Shown here: positions 10,070 through 19,222 of the stretch, in pieces
Layout: every line of letters begins with the position of its first letter
Numbering within the stretch: position 1 is the stretch's first letter
NCBI RefSeq assembly: GCF_963519265.1
Contig: NZ_CAUQNQ010000003.1
Location: forward strand, 7,642 to 71,641
Direction of reading: 5' to 3'
Length of the DNA stretch: 64,000 nucleotides
DNA from: an uncultured Gemella sp.
GTDB taxonomy: Bacteria; Bacillota; Bacilli; Staphylococcales; Gemellaceae
The notes under the pieces: model-generated
What the model was told of the DNA's origin: nothing
The model's input: only the letters and a program-made list of their open reading frames with translations
Databases searched by the model: none
Translations under genes and position numbers: made by a program

Positions 10070-12226
10070 CTAGTTCTCCTTCTTAATATACGCTACAAAA
10101 TCATCATGCTGTATTCTTTTTTCTAATGGTGGAATCTCTATATAGTCCGAACCATAAATTGTAGTTAAAATATGATCATAATCTTTTGGTATATTATATA
10201 CTCTATCCTCAAATTTACATTCAACTACTTCATCTAAAGCCTTAGCATCTATCTTAGTACTGTATTTTTTAGATTCCATTAAATAATCTATATACTCACC
10301 ATTACCAGGTACTTTAGAAAAATCATTTAATTTCTTGTTCCATGTTTTTACTCTCGTTAATCTGAACACCACTAACATTAGATAACGAATAATATTCTTA
10401 ATACCCGCTTCTTTATTTCTTATTCCATATAAAGTGTATACAGATAGTCTACGATACATATCTAGTTTTGTGATTTCTTTATTTACATCTTTATAGTCAT
10501 CAAAGGGAAAAACATCTACGCAGATACCTAATTCTATATCATTTTGTATGTAGTTATTTTCATAAACAGTTCTACTATCATAGACTCTATAAAATGGATA
10601 AGGGTATCTAGAATCATTTTCCCAAGAAACAACCTTGTAAATACTATTATTATCTTCTAAAATTGCTTGGTATAATTTATCATATTCAGTTCTCTTTAAA
10701 GCAATATCCAAATCATCGTCCCATGGAATAAATCCTTTATGCCTAACTGCACCCAACAAACTTCCATAAGCTAATGAATAATTAATACCTTTTTCTTTAC
10801 AAATATTATGAATATAATCCATAACTCCTAATTCTACTTCTTTAATTTCATCAATATCTAATTTTTTAAAATTACTTTTATCTGTACTCACTATAGAATA
10901 GAAATAACCTGCCATTAAGAATAAGATGATACCTAATAATGAAATTCCATAAAATGTAGAACTTAAGAATAGATTAGACACTAAAATCACCATCAATATC
11001 ATAATCATTGATAATAAATCTTTATTTACTAAATCTTCTTTTTTATCTCTAAATATTCGTTTTATCATTGATATGAAAAATGATAATACAAATATTCCCA
11101 TCAAGATAAAGCCTACAATTCCATTATAAAATAGAATTTCTAAATATCCATTATGAGTAAGATAATGCTCTTTTATTATATACTCATCTGGATTCGTCTT
11201 TTTACCTATTTCATACCAGTTTCCACCTGAATAACCAAAGATAGGTTTTTTAGGTACAAAAGATGCCGTAGATTTCCAAATTGCAAATCTATTATTAGAA
11301 ATATTTTCTTCACTTGTATCTGTTCTTTCAAGAGAAAGATTGTTATCTTCATTTTCTAACTTTTTATCCTGAGCCTCTAATCTTTCTTTATTGTAATGTA
11401 AATATTGTTCACTAATGAAATTAACTGCTTTATAACTGAATAATACAACTACTATCGCCAATACTACTTTAAATAGTGACCTGATATTTTCTCTTTGATA
11501 AAACATCACTATTGAATATATAACAGCAGCTATCATCATACAGATAAACGCAGTTCTTGAACCTGATAATACTATATAAATAAAATTCAATACAATAGCT
11601 AATATACTTATATTTTTATATATTTTTATAAAGTTATCGATTTTTGTAATTAAAAATATAATTACAATTAGCGAAATTAATGATAGAAAGTTTGGGCTTG
11701 CCAAAATACCAAATAATCTAGACTCTACAAACCCTTGTCTAATATACAACCCTTTATAGTCATGTACTCTATAGCCTTTCAATAATACGAATTGAATTAA
11801 TGAAACTAATACTCCAAAAGTATTAAGTAGAGTAACTACATAAAAAAAGTAATCATATATTTTTTTACTCTCTTCTCTAGTTACTCCCGTAAATATAGGA
11901 AATACCGTTAAGAAGTAAATATAAAATACTAATGCATTTTTTATATTTGTAGAATAACCATAAGATATCACTAGAATGCTGGTAATTATATTAAAAGCAA
12001 AAAATAGTAATAGGTACTCTATTGTTTTTATCTTTAGATAAACTTTCTTAATAACTAAGTTATACGTTGCTAAAAGAATTCCAAGTAATGTCATCCCCCC
12101 TGCAACTACTTTGTTAGCTGAAATAAATTGTAGTGGCACTATTAGACCACACATACAATAAATAGCAACTATTAAAATAAATGCCAGATTTATTTTAAAA
12201 TAATTTTTTTCTATCAGTTTTAACAT
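10070..12226 (-). CDS. O-antigen ligase/Wzy_C (TacL-like) membrane domain fused to a C-terminal LicD domain
   Basis: N-terminal polytopic part with RLFG..SPN, SGSRT, RFAIW, THNGYLE; C-terminal YGSLLGAVRHKGFIPWDDDLD. Confidence 0.85.
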   Translation of the reverse strand: MLKLIEKNYFKINLAFILIVAIYCMCGLIVPLQFISANKVVAGGMTLLGILLATYNLVIKKVYLKIKTIEYLLLFFAFNIITSILVISYGYSTNIKNALVFYIYFLTVFPIFTGVTREESKKIYDYFFYVVTLLNTFGVLVSLIQFVLLKGYRVHDYKGLYIRQGFVESRLFGILASPNFLSLISLIVIIFLITKIDNFIKIYKNISILAIVLNFIYIVLSGSRTAFICMMIAAVIYSIVMFYQRENIRSLFKVVLAIVVVLFSYKAVNFISEQYLHYNKERLEAQDKKLENEDNNLSLERTDTSEENISNNRFAIWKSTASFVPKKPIFGYSGGNWYEIGKKTNPDEYIIKEHYLTHNGYLEILFYNGIVGFILMGIFVLSFFISMIKRIFRDKKEDLVNKDLLSMIMILMVILVSNLFLSSTFYGISLLGIILFLMAGYFYSIVSTDKSNFKKLDIDEIKEVELGVMDYIHNICKEKGINYSLAYGSLLGAVRHKGFIPWDDDLDIALKRTEYDKLYQAILEDNNSIYKVVSWENDSRYPYPFYRVYDSRTVYENNYIQNDIELGICVDVFPFDDYKDVNKEITKLDMYRRLSVYTLYGIRNKEAGIKNIIRYLMLVVFRLTRVKTWNKKLNDFSKVPGNGEYIDYLMESKKYSTKIDAKALDEVVECKFEDRVYNIPKDYDHILTTIYGSDYIEIPPLEKRIQHDDFVAYIKKEN

Positions 12227-12233
12227 ACTCTAA

Positions 12234-13196
12234 TTAATATCCTCTCTTCTCTATTATTTTTCTATATAGATTTCTATTCAATAATAAGGCAACAAATCCA
12301 ATTTTTCTACCTTTTGTAAATAATGAATCTGTTAAAATACTCTTACTATGATCTTTTAAATACGATATTAACTTATTTTCTAATTTTTTATCATTATAAT
12401 CTTTATCTAACAATAGCCTATCTAATACATAAAAATACGCCCAATTCATCCTCATCTGAGCTACCTCTTTTAATTCAGGATATTTCTCTAAAATAATCTC
12501 TTTATTCTGTTCATAAGCTTCTATTACATTTAAAAACTTAAGTGAAAATTTTTGGGTAGTAATGCTATTTTCTCTATGGACATAGTAATATTTTTTCTCA
12601 TTAGTTGCTACTATTTTATTGCACTTATCTAATAACTTTATCATAATAAATGCATCTTCAGCGATTTTCCCAATTTCAAATTTGAACTCTGAAAATAAAC
12701 TCTTTTTATATAATTTATTAACAGCTGTTACAGATAATATCTTAGCTTCCATAACCATTTTAATAGCTTCTTGAGGACTAAGCTCCCATGTTTTCTTTTC
12801 AGTTACTTGAGCCTCAGGAAGATTATGATAGACATCATAATGTCCACACATGGATAAATCTGCGTTTGCAGCTTTTAGATTATTTATCAGCATTTCATAC
12901 ATATCTTCATCTATGTAATCGTCACTATCTATAAATCCGATTAACTCGGCTTCAGCTTCAGCTATACCAACATTCCGCGCATCAGACAAACCACCATTTT
13001 TCTTATGAATAACCCTTATTCTATCATCTTTCTTTGCGAGCTCGTCACAAAGTTGTCCACTGTTATCAGTAGATCCATCATTGACTAAAATAATTTCTAA
13101 GTTTTTATAAGTTTGATTGATTATTGAAGCAACACAACGCTCTAAGTATTGCTCTACATTGTATACCGGTACTATTACACTAATTTTTTCGTCCAT
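12234..13196 (-). CDS. Glycosyltransferase family 2
   Basis: ISVIVPVYNVEQYL, VNDGSTD, NGGLSDARN, FIDSDD. Confidence 0.92.
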   Translation of the reverse strand: MDEKISVIVPVYNVEQYLERCVASIINQTYKNLEIILVNDGSTDNSGQLCDELAKKDDRIRVIHKKNGGLSDARNVGIAEAEAELIGFIDSDDYIDEDMYEMLINNLKAANADLSMCGHYDVYHNLPEAQVTEKKTWELSPQEAIKMVMEAKILSVTAVNKLYKKSLFSEFKFEIGKIAEDAFIMIKLLDKCNKIVATNEKKYYYVHRENSITTQKFSLKFLNVIEAYEQNKEIILEKYPELKEVAQMRMNWAYFYVLDRLLLDKDYNDKKLENKLISYLKDHSKSILTDSLFTKGRKIGFVALLLNRNLYRKIIEKRGY

Positions 13197-14025
13197 AATA
13201 TTCCCCTTTATACTTAAGATAACTATTTTCCATATCCGCTATAACTACATCATGATGTGGTACTTGTTTTTCTTTTGGTGGAGGTGTCATATAGTCACCA
13301 AATGCTGTTTTTAGATAAATATCATACCCCACTGGTATTGGCATTTTAGTATTTTCAAAATCTATAAAGATATTATCCTCAAATGCTTCAATTGGATATT
13401 TTTTCTTCATATATCCAGGCCCTGTACAAAGTTCTGTTATACCATCACTTTCTTCAAGTGTGTATTTCATCATTTCTTTTTCAGCTTTTTTCCAGATTTT
13501 ATAACGTAATTTACTTGTCGTTAAACTCAATAACATAGAACTAATATATTTAACTAATTTACCATGTTTTTCTGGAATAGTCTGCGCACAGAATAGTGAG
13601 TAAATCAATGCCCAACGAATTTGTTTTTTTCTATCCGCTTCATTTTTAGGATAATAATCCAAAGGAATAACATCTAAAGCTAAACCATGTGGTATATCTA
13701 GATCTTGTTGATATGGTTTTATACATGTTGTTTCTCTATCACGAATCGTGATAAATAAGTTTCTATCAACGAAGTTACTATCACTTTTTGATAAGAAATA
13801 TTGTTCTTTAGCATACTTTCTCCAAAGTTCTGGAAGTTTTTCATAGTCTTTTCTAGGCATGAAAAAATCTAAATCATCATCCCAAGGGATAAATCCTTTA
13901 TTTCTCAGTCCACCAATAGCTCCACCACCACAAAGATAACAAAGTAAGTCATGTTCACGACAAAATTCTACAAAATATTCAGCCATCTCTAAGCTTTTAT
14001 TTTGTATTTCTTTTAAACTACTCAC
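13180..14025 (-). CDS. LicD family phosphotransferase
   Basis: CGGGAIGGLRNKGFIPWDDDLD, FGDYM. Confidence 0.9.
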   Translation of the reverse strand: MSSLKEIQNKSLEMAEYFVEFCREHDLLCYLCGGGAIGGLRNKGFIPWDDDLDFFMPRKDYEKLPELWRKYAKEQYFLSKSDSNFVDRNLFITIRDRETTCIKPYQQDLDIPHGLALDVIPLDYYPKNEADRKKQIRWALIYSLFCAQTIPEKHGKLVKYISSMLLSLTTSKLRYKIWKKAEKEMMKYTLEESDGITELCTGPGYMKKKYPIEAFEDNIFIDFENTKMPIPVGYDIYLKTAFGDYMTPPPKEKQVPHHDVVIADMENSYLKYKGEYYGRKN

Positions 14026-15235
14026 CTACTACCTCCTCAACTATTTCCTTGAAGTTTTCAATAATAACAGCTACATCTTCATCACTAAGTCTAGTGTGTA
14101 AAGGTAATGTTATTTCTTTTACATAGTAATTATATGCGTTAGGATAGTTTTCAATATCAAATCCTAAGTTTTTATACGCAGTTAATAACGGTAATGGTTT
14201 ATAGTGAACATTACAGCTAATTCCACGCTCTGCCATTTTAACAATTATCTCACCACGTTGTTCAAATGTAGCACCTTCAACATGAGTAATATAAAGGTGT
14301 CCACAAGATTTATAATAGTCTGAACTGTGACTTAGGCCTTTAATTTTTGTTCCTTCAAAACCTTTATTGTACTTACTAATAATGTTATCACGACGTTCTA
14401 AAAGTTTTGGATAACGATCTAGTTGAACTAATCCAATAGATGCTGCGATATCAGTTAAATTACATTTATATCCAGGAATAACAATATCATACTCCCAAGA
14501 TCCTGCTTTTGTTTTAGCTAAAGCATCTTTTGTTTGACCGTGAAGAGAATATATTTGATATTCTCTATATAACTCTTCGTTATCAAAGTTTTCATTTTGT
14601 TTCCATGTTACACTTCCACCTTCAGCAGTAGTGAAGTTCTTTACAGCATGGAATGAAAATGTCGTAAAGTCAGCTACAGAACCAATTTTCTCACCTTTAT
14701 ACATACTTCCTAAAGCATGCGCGCCATCAGCTACTACAGCCACTCTACCAAGCTTTTCTTGATATTCACTATTGGCTTTGAATAAGTGTTTCTTACTCTC
14801 CACTACCTCAAAGATTTTATCGTAATCACATGGTATCCCTGCTAAATCAACTGGAATAACAGCTTTTGTATTCTCAGTAATAGCATCAGCTAAAGCGTCG
14901 TAGTCCATCTCATGGCTATCTTCAGCAATATCAACAATAACAGCCTTCGCTCCGACATGATAAATCACACTACAAGAAGCTGTGTATGTCATCGCAGGAA
15001 CGATAACTTCATCACCTTCACCAATACCTAGAACACGTAATGTTAATTCTAACGCTGCAGTTGCTGAATTAAGACAAACAGTTTTCGGTGTATTAGTAAA
15101 TTCAGATAATCTTCTTTCTAATTCTTTTGTCTTCGGTCCAGTTGTAATCCAACCTGATTTCAAAGTATCTATTACTTCATTTATTTCTTCTTCACTAATA
15201 TCCGGTGGAGAAAATGGTATATTATATTTTTTCAT
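14018..15235 (-). CDS. DegT/DnrJ/EryC1/StrS PLP-dependent sugar aminotransferase (likely AATGal synthesis)
   Basis: SGWITTGPK, NSATAAL, DGAHALG, FSFHAVKNFTTAEGG. Confidence 0.9.
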   Translation of the reverse strand: MKKYNIPFSPPDISEEEINEVIDTLKSGWITTGPKTKELERRLSEFTNTPKTVCLNSATAALELTLRVLGIGEGDEVIVPAMTYTASCSVIYHVGAKAVIVDIAEDSHEMDYDALADAITENTKAVIPVDLAGIPCDYDKIFEVVESKKHLFKANSEYQEKLGRVAVVADGAHALGSMYKGEKIGSVADFTTFSFHAVKNFTTAEGGSVTWKQNENFDNEELYREYQIYSLHGQTKDALAKTKAGSWEYDIVIPGYKCNLTDIAASIGLVQLDRYPKLLERRDNIISKYNKGFEGTKIKGLSHSSDYYKSCGHLYITHVEGATFEQRGEIIVKMAERGISCNVHYKPLPLLTAYKNLGFDIENYPNAYNYYVKEITLPLHTRLSDEDVAVIIENFKEIVEEVVGE

Positions 15236-15280
15236 CTCAAACTCCTAATTATTAAAATTCTACTTAAAAGTATCTTAACT

Positions 15281-15961
15281 CTATTTAACAACCGCAATAG
15301 TAGTTCTTATCATTATTTTAATATCATTTATAACACTGAATTCTTCAATGTACTTTAAATTATATTTCATCTTGTCTGGAAGAATTTCCTTCACATAGAT
15401 TTCATCTACACTTCTTCCACTTCCTTTGAATTTCTCAATAACTTCGTCTTCATCTTTGTATTCGATACTCGCTGGAGAAGTTATCCCAGCAGGAAGAAGT
15501 AATGTTGCATTCATTTCATCAGTGTACTTATCTACATATTTCGCTACTTCCGGTCTTACACCAACAAAGCTCATATCACCTACAAGTACGTTTATAAGTT
15601 GAGGTAGTTCATCAAGACGTAGTTTACGTAGCTTATGTCCGACCTTACTAATACGAGGATCATTTTGCTGAGTAACAGCTGTTCCAAGCTTATCAGCATC
15701 TTTAACCATAGTTCTAAACTTAAAAATTCTAAAAGTTCGACCATAAGTTGTAATACGCTCTTGCCTGTAAAATACAGGACCTTCACTATCAAGTTTTATC
15801 CAAATAGCTATTCCTAAAATTATCGGCGATAAAGGGATAAGCAAAATTAATGCAAGCACCTTATCAAAAAGTAATTTTAGAAATAATGATATCTTCTTCT
15901 TTTCAATAGAAGCTCTATACTTTTTTACGGCTTCTGTTTCAAATCTATTATCAATGTTCAT
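15281..15961 (-). CDS. Undecaprenyl-phosphate sugar-1-phosphate (priming) transferase
   Basis: IFKFRTM, DPRIS, RLDELPQLINVLVGDMSFVGVRPE. Confidence 0.9.
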   Translation of the reverse strand: MNIDNRFETEAVKKYRASIEKKKISLFLKLLFDKVLALILLIPLSPIILGIAIWIKLDSEGPVFYRQERITTYGRTFRIFKFRTMVKDADKLGTAVTQQNDPRISKVGHKLRKLRLDELPQLINVLVGDMSFVGVRPEVAKYVDKYTDEMNATLLLPAGITSPASIEYKDEDEVIEKFKGSGRSVDEIYVKEILPDKMKYNLKYIEEFSVINDIKIMIRTTIAVVK

Positions 15962-16078
15962 CTTTCACCTTAATAGCCAATCAACTGTTTCGATTAGCTC
16001 TACTAATTTATTTCATCTCTTTATTATACCACACTTCGCAATAGAACAGAAGAAATGAAAGCAAAAAAGACAACCAAA

Positions 16079-17089
16079 TTAGGTTGTCTTAAATGATTTT
16101 CCAATAAGAAATGGAAAACTATTATTAATTATCTTAGCAATTACTTCACATAATAGTATTGCTAATAATAATTCTACACTAGCTATTATATAATTACTAA
16201 CAAATATTCCTGTATACTTACTCGCAAGCTGCTCCATGATTATGTCTAAAATATATAAAACTATTGGTGAATGATATGCATAATATATCAATGTGTTGCT
16301 ACCAATTCTCTCTAATATTTGTATATTTGGAATATTTTTGAATAATATAAAACTTGCCCAGATACCAAAGAACGCAGCAACAAAATATAAGAAAGTCGAA
16401 TTAATCTGTTGGTAATAAAGATCTACTCTAGTGTTATAAACTCCACATATAATACTTACTACAACAACTGGTAAAAAATATTCTTTTCTGAAATACCTTT
16501 GTAAAGTATCTAGATTTTTTCTTAATATATATCCTGATAATATGAAGATAGTCGCATACGGTACAAGATCAAAACTCCAAATCAACCAAAATTCCATTAC
16601 ATATAGTTTTTTTCCTAAACTACCACACAGTATAAGCACAACAAATACAATTACATATTGATATAGTTCATCACTGTATTTTATCGCAAAATAACAAACT
16701 AATTCCGCTAAAAACAACACATTTAAAAACCACAGTTGATAATAAATATGCATTCTATCTGCTACTATCATGGCTTTTATAAAATGTATAATATCTATTT
16801 TCAAAATAAATTGCGGTTGCAAAATAAATGATTTAATAAAAAATATAGAAATATTCATTAAAAAGCAAGGTATAACTATAGTTTTAAATTTTCTAGAAAA
16901 GAATTCAAAGAACGAAGTATACTTTGCTACATTTAAAGTCATTCCAGATAAAAAGAAAAATAAAGGTATATGGAATATATATAGTAATAATTTTACCTTG
17001 GCTGGAGTGTATCCCATGTGACCAGCTATTACTAAGATTATGCAAAAAGCCTTCAACATATCGATATATTTAATTCTCTTACTACTCAT
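16079..17089 (-). CDS. Acyltransferase family 3
   Basis: RIKYIDMLK..LVIAGH, FHIPLFFFLSG, LWFL. Confidence 0.85.
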   Translation of the reverse strand: MSSKRIKYIDMLKAFCIILVIAGHMGYTPAKVKLLLYIFHIPLFFFLSGMTLNVAKYTSFFEFFSRKFKTIVIPCFLMNISIFFIKSFILQPQFILKIDIIHFIKAMIVADRMHIYYQLWFLNVLFLAELVCYFAIKYSDELYQYVIVFVVLILCGSLGKKLYVMEFWLIWSFDLVPYATIFILSGYILRKNLDTLQRYFRKEYFLPVVVVSIICGVYNTRVDLYYQQINSTFLYFVAAFFGIWASFILFKNIPNIQILERIGSNTLIYYAYHSPIVLYILDIIMEQLASKYTGIFVSNYIIASVELLLAILLCEVIAKIINNSFPFLIGKSFKTT

Positions 17090-18687
17090 TACTTATCACT
17101 CCTTAAAATATATATATTCATATCATTTAAAATATCACTTTCTTTTACAAAGTAAACATCCTTATCATAGTTTTCTTTAAACAATACTCTGATTTTATCG
17201 AAAGAACTAGAGTCCTTGGGTAAAATAAATTTAATATTATCACTATTTACCGCACTAGAAAGTATATTATTCGTATCTTTCACTCCAAATTCTTTTAGTT
17301 TATTATGATATTCAGGCGAGAATGTTTGCCAGGTCCCAAAAGTTATTATGTTTTTTGTTAACTTATCTGTCTCAACAAAAACCTTACTAACATTAGGTTG
17401 CGAACTAACTAAGTTTCCATATCCTGAAATAATATATAAATTATCTTTATTATTGACTAGTATATTATTATAAGCCTTATTAAAATCATAAGAGTGATAA
17501 TTAAACCAATACAATTCATTTTTCCCATATTTCCATATAGAGCCCATTAATAGTATGCATAAAATTGTAAAGATAACATTTTCTAGATTATTCAATAATT
17601 TATAATTTCTTTTTATAAATAACTCATTTCCATATACAATAAAGATAAATAGAGCTAGAATAATGATAGGTATATAAACTCTCTCTACTACTCTTTGTCT
17701 AACTATTAGCGCTGTTAGCAGAGCTAAAGGACTCAAAAATAGCAGATATCCATAATAACTTTTAGATTTATAAAATATAAAAACAAGAATTACAAAAAAT
17801 GTAAACAACTTATAAAACTCATTAGAAAAGTACTCAAGTATTATCTTTTTAATCGAAAAATTATATTTTTCTGATACTGATCGTACTCTATCAAGATTAT
17901 CTAATAACTCATTACTAAAGATTTGTTTTTCTGAGAGTATCCAAGAATTATGACTTACTAATGTATTTTCAGTAATACCAATCTTATCTAGACTTTCTTT
18001 TTTTTCAGAATAATCAATAGCAGGATAGTCTCTTATCAAAGTACTCTTTTCATTCCATTCTATATAAGATTTTTCTACATCATCACTTTGTATAAATAAC
18101 CAATTTGCTAAACTTACAATAAAAATTGTACTAATTAAAATAGCTGTTTGTTTTACCTTTTTATTCCTAATTAGTTCAAATACGATTATCGCTGAACATA
18201 TTACTAAAAGACTGGGTATTATTTGAACTCTAAGAGAGATACCTATAAATATAAGTATAACAGCAAAAACTATGTTTTTTTCTTTATAAAGTAAAAATAT
18301 TCCGGAGATAGATAACAAATAAGCAACCACAGAATATGTAAAATATTTTAATAAAGCAAACTCTATTACTAAAACTATTATCCATAGAACTATTTTATAT
18401 TTTCTATCTCGAAACAGATAAAGCAAACATGAAAAACTTATACTATACGCTGATGCTAAAAAAACGAAATAAATATTAATATTTGAAAATAAACTTTGTA
18501 ATATTACTAATATCCTAGTTAATACTATTCCCATGTAGGGAAGTAACATATATTCTTTATTTAAAATTGAATAATTAATTGTAACATCATCAACAGCATG
18601 ATAAATATAACCATATAAATATCTATATAGCACTACAATAAATAATGGTATACCAATTGAAATTATTAACGATGTAGTTTTCTTCAC
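17089..18687 (-). CDS. Polytopic membrane protein, possibly GT-C-like glycan-modifying enzyme
   Basis: Many hydrophobic segments, early DD motif, soluble loops; stop overlaps acyltransferase start. Confidence 0.55.
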   Translation of the reverse strand: MKKTTSLIISIGIPLFIVVLYRYLYGYIYHAVDDVTINYSILNKEYMLLPYMGIVLTRILVILQSLFSNINIYFVFLASAYSISFSCLLYLFRDRKYKIVLWIIVLVIEFALLKYFTYSVVAYLLSISGIFLLYKEKNIVFAVILIFIGISLRVQIIPSLLVICSAIIVFELIRNKKVKQTAILISTIFIVSLANWLFIQSDDVEKSYIEWNEKSTLIRDYPAIDYSEKKESLDKIGITENTLVSHNSWILSEKQIFSNELLDNLDRVRSVSEKYNFSIKKIILEYFSNEFYKLFTFFVILVFIFYKSKSYYGYLLFLSPLALLTALIVRQRVVERVYIPIIILALFIFIVYGNELFIKRNYKLLNNLENVIFTILCILLMGSIWKYGKNELYWFNYHSYDFNKAYNNILVNNKDNLYIISGYGNLVSSQPNVSKVFVETDKLTKNIITFGTWQTFSPEYHNKLKEFGVKDTNNILSSAVNSDNIKFILPKDSSSFDKIRVLFKENYDKDVYFVKESDILNDMNIYILRSDK

Positions 18688-18782
18688 TATTTACCTGCCT
18701 CCTTCCCTTAAAATATAATATTAAAAATTTAATAACACTAGTATAATACTATAATTAAAAGGTTTTTTCAAATTAAAGATGA

Positions 18783-19031
18783 TTTTACTTTTCTTTATTT
18801 AGAACTACCATCATTTTCGTATTAAATAACACTTTATTAGCCTACTTACTTTCATATATTGTAGATAATATTACGTATCCTTTTGTAAATCAAATTACTA
18901 ATATGAACATGAGGTTCAGTATGTTCCCAGTGATAGTAGTCCTGAACTTTATACTGACTATAATCCTTGTTATAATTGTAAGAATTATCTTATCAGTACT
19001 TTCTAAATCTATAAAACTTGCAAGAAGATAG
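18783..19031 (+). pseudogene. Hydrophobic reading frame, probable 3' remnant of a membrane protein (or 42-aa peptide from ATG 18903)
   Basis: Open frame ...MNMRFSMFPVIVVLNFILTIILVIIVRIILSVLSKSIKLARR*, followed by a terminator; no clear RBS. Confidence 0.35.
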
Positions 19032-19059
19032 TTTCACATTATAGTGAGACTATCTTTTT
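19025..19059 (+). terminator. Intrinsic terminator
   Basis: AAGATAGTTTCAC-attata-GTGAGACTATCTT followed by T-run. Confidence 0.6.
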
Positions 19060-19080
19060 ACTATTTCTTCCAATATAAAC

Positions 19081-19117
19081 AAAAACTCGAATCTAGATTC
19101 TCCCAGACTCGAGTTTT
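19081..19117 (-). terminator. Probable terminator downstream of the P-type ATPase
   Basis: AAAAACTCGA...TCGAGTTTT inverted repeat. Confidence 0.5.
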
Positions 19118-19222
19118 ATTATTATTTAGTTCACATAGCCCAACAGCTTATAATTTTGTTTTGTTTACATAATCTCACGAGCTGATACCTATATTATGTA
19201 CAGACACAAGCTAACTTTTACT

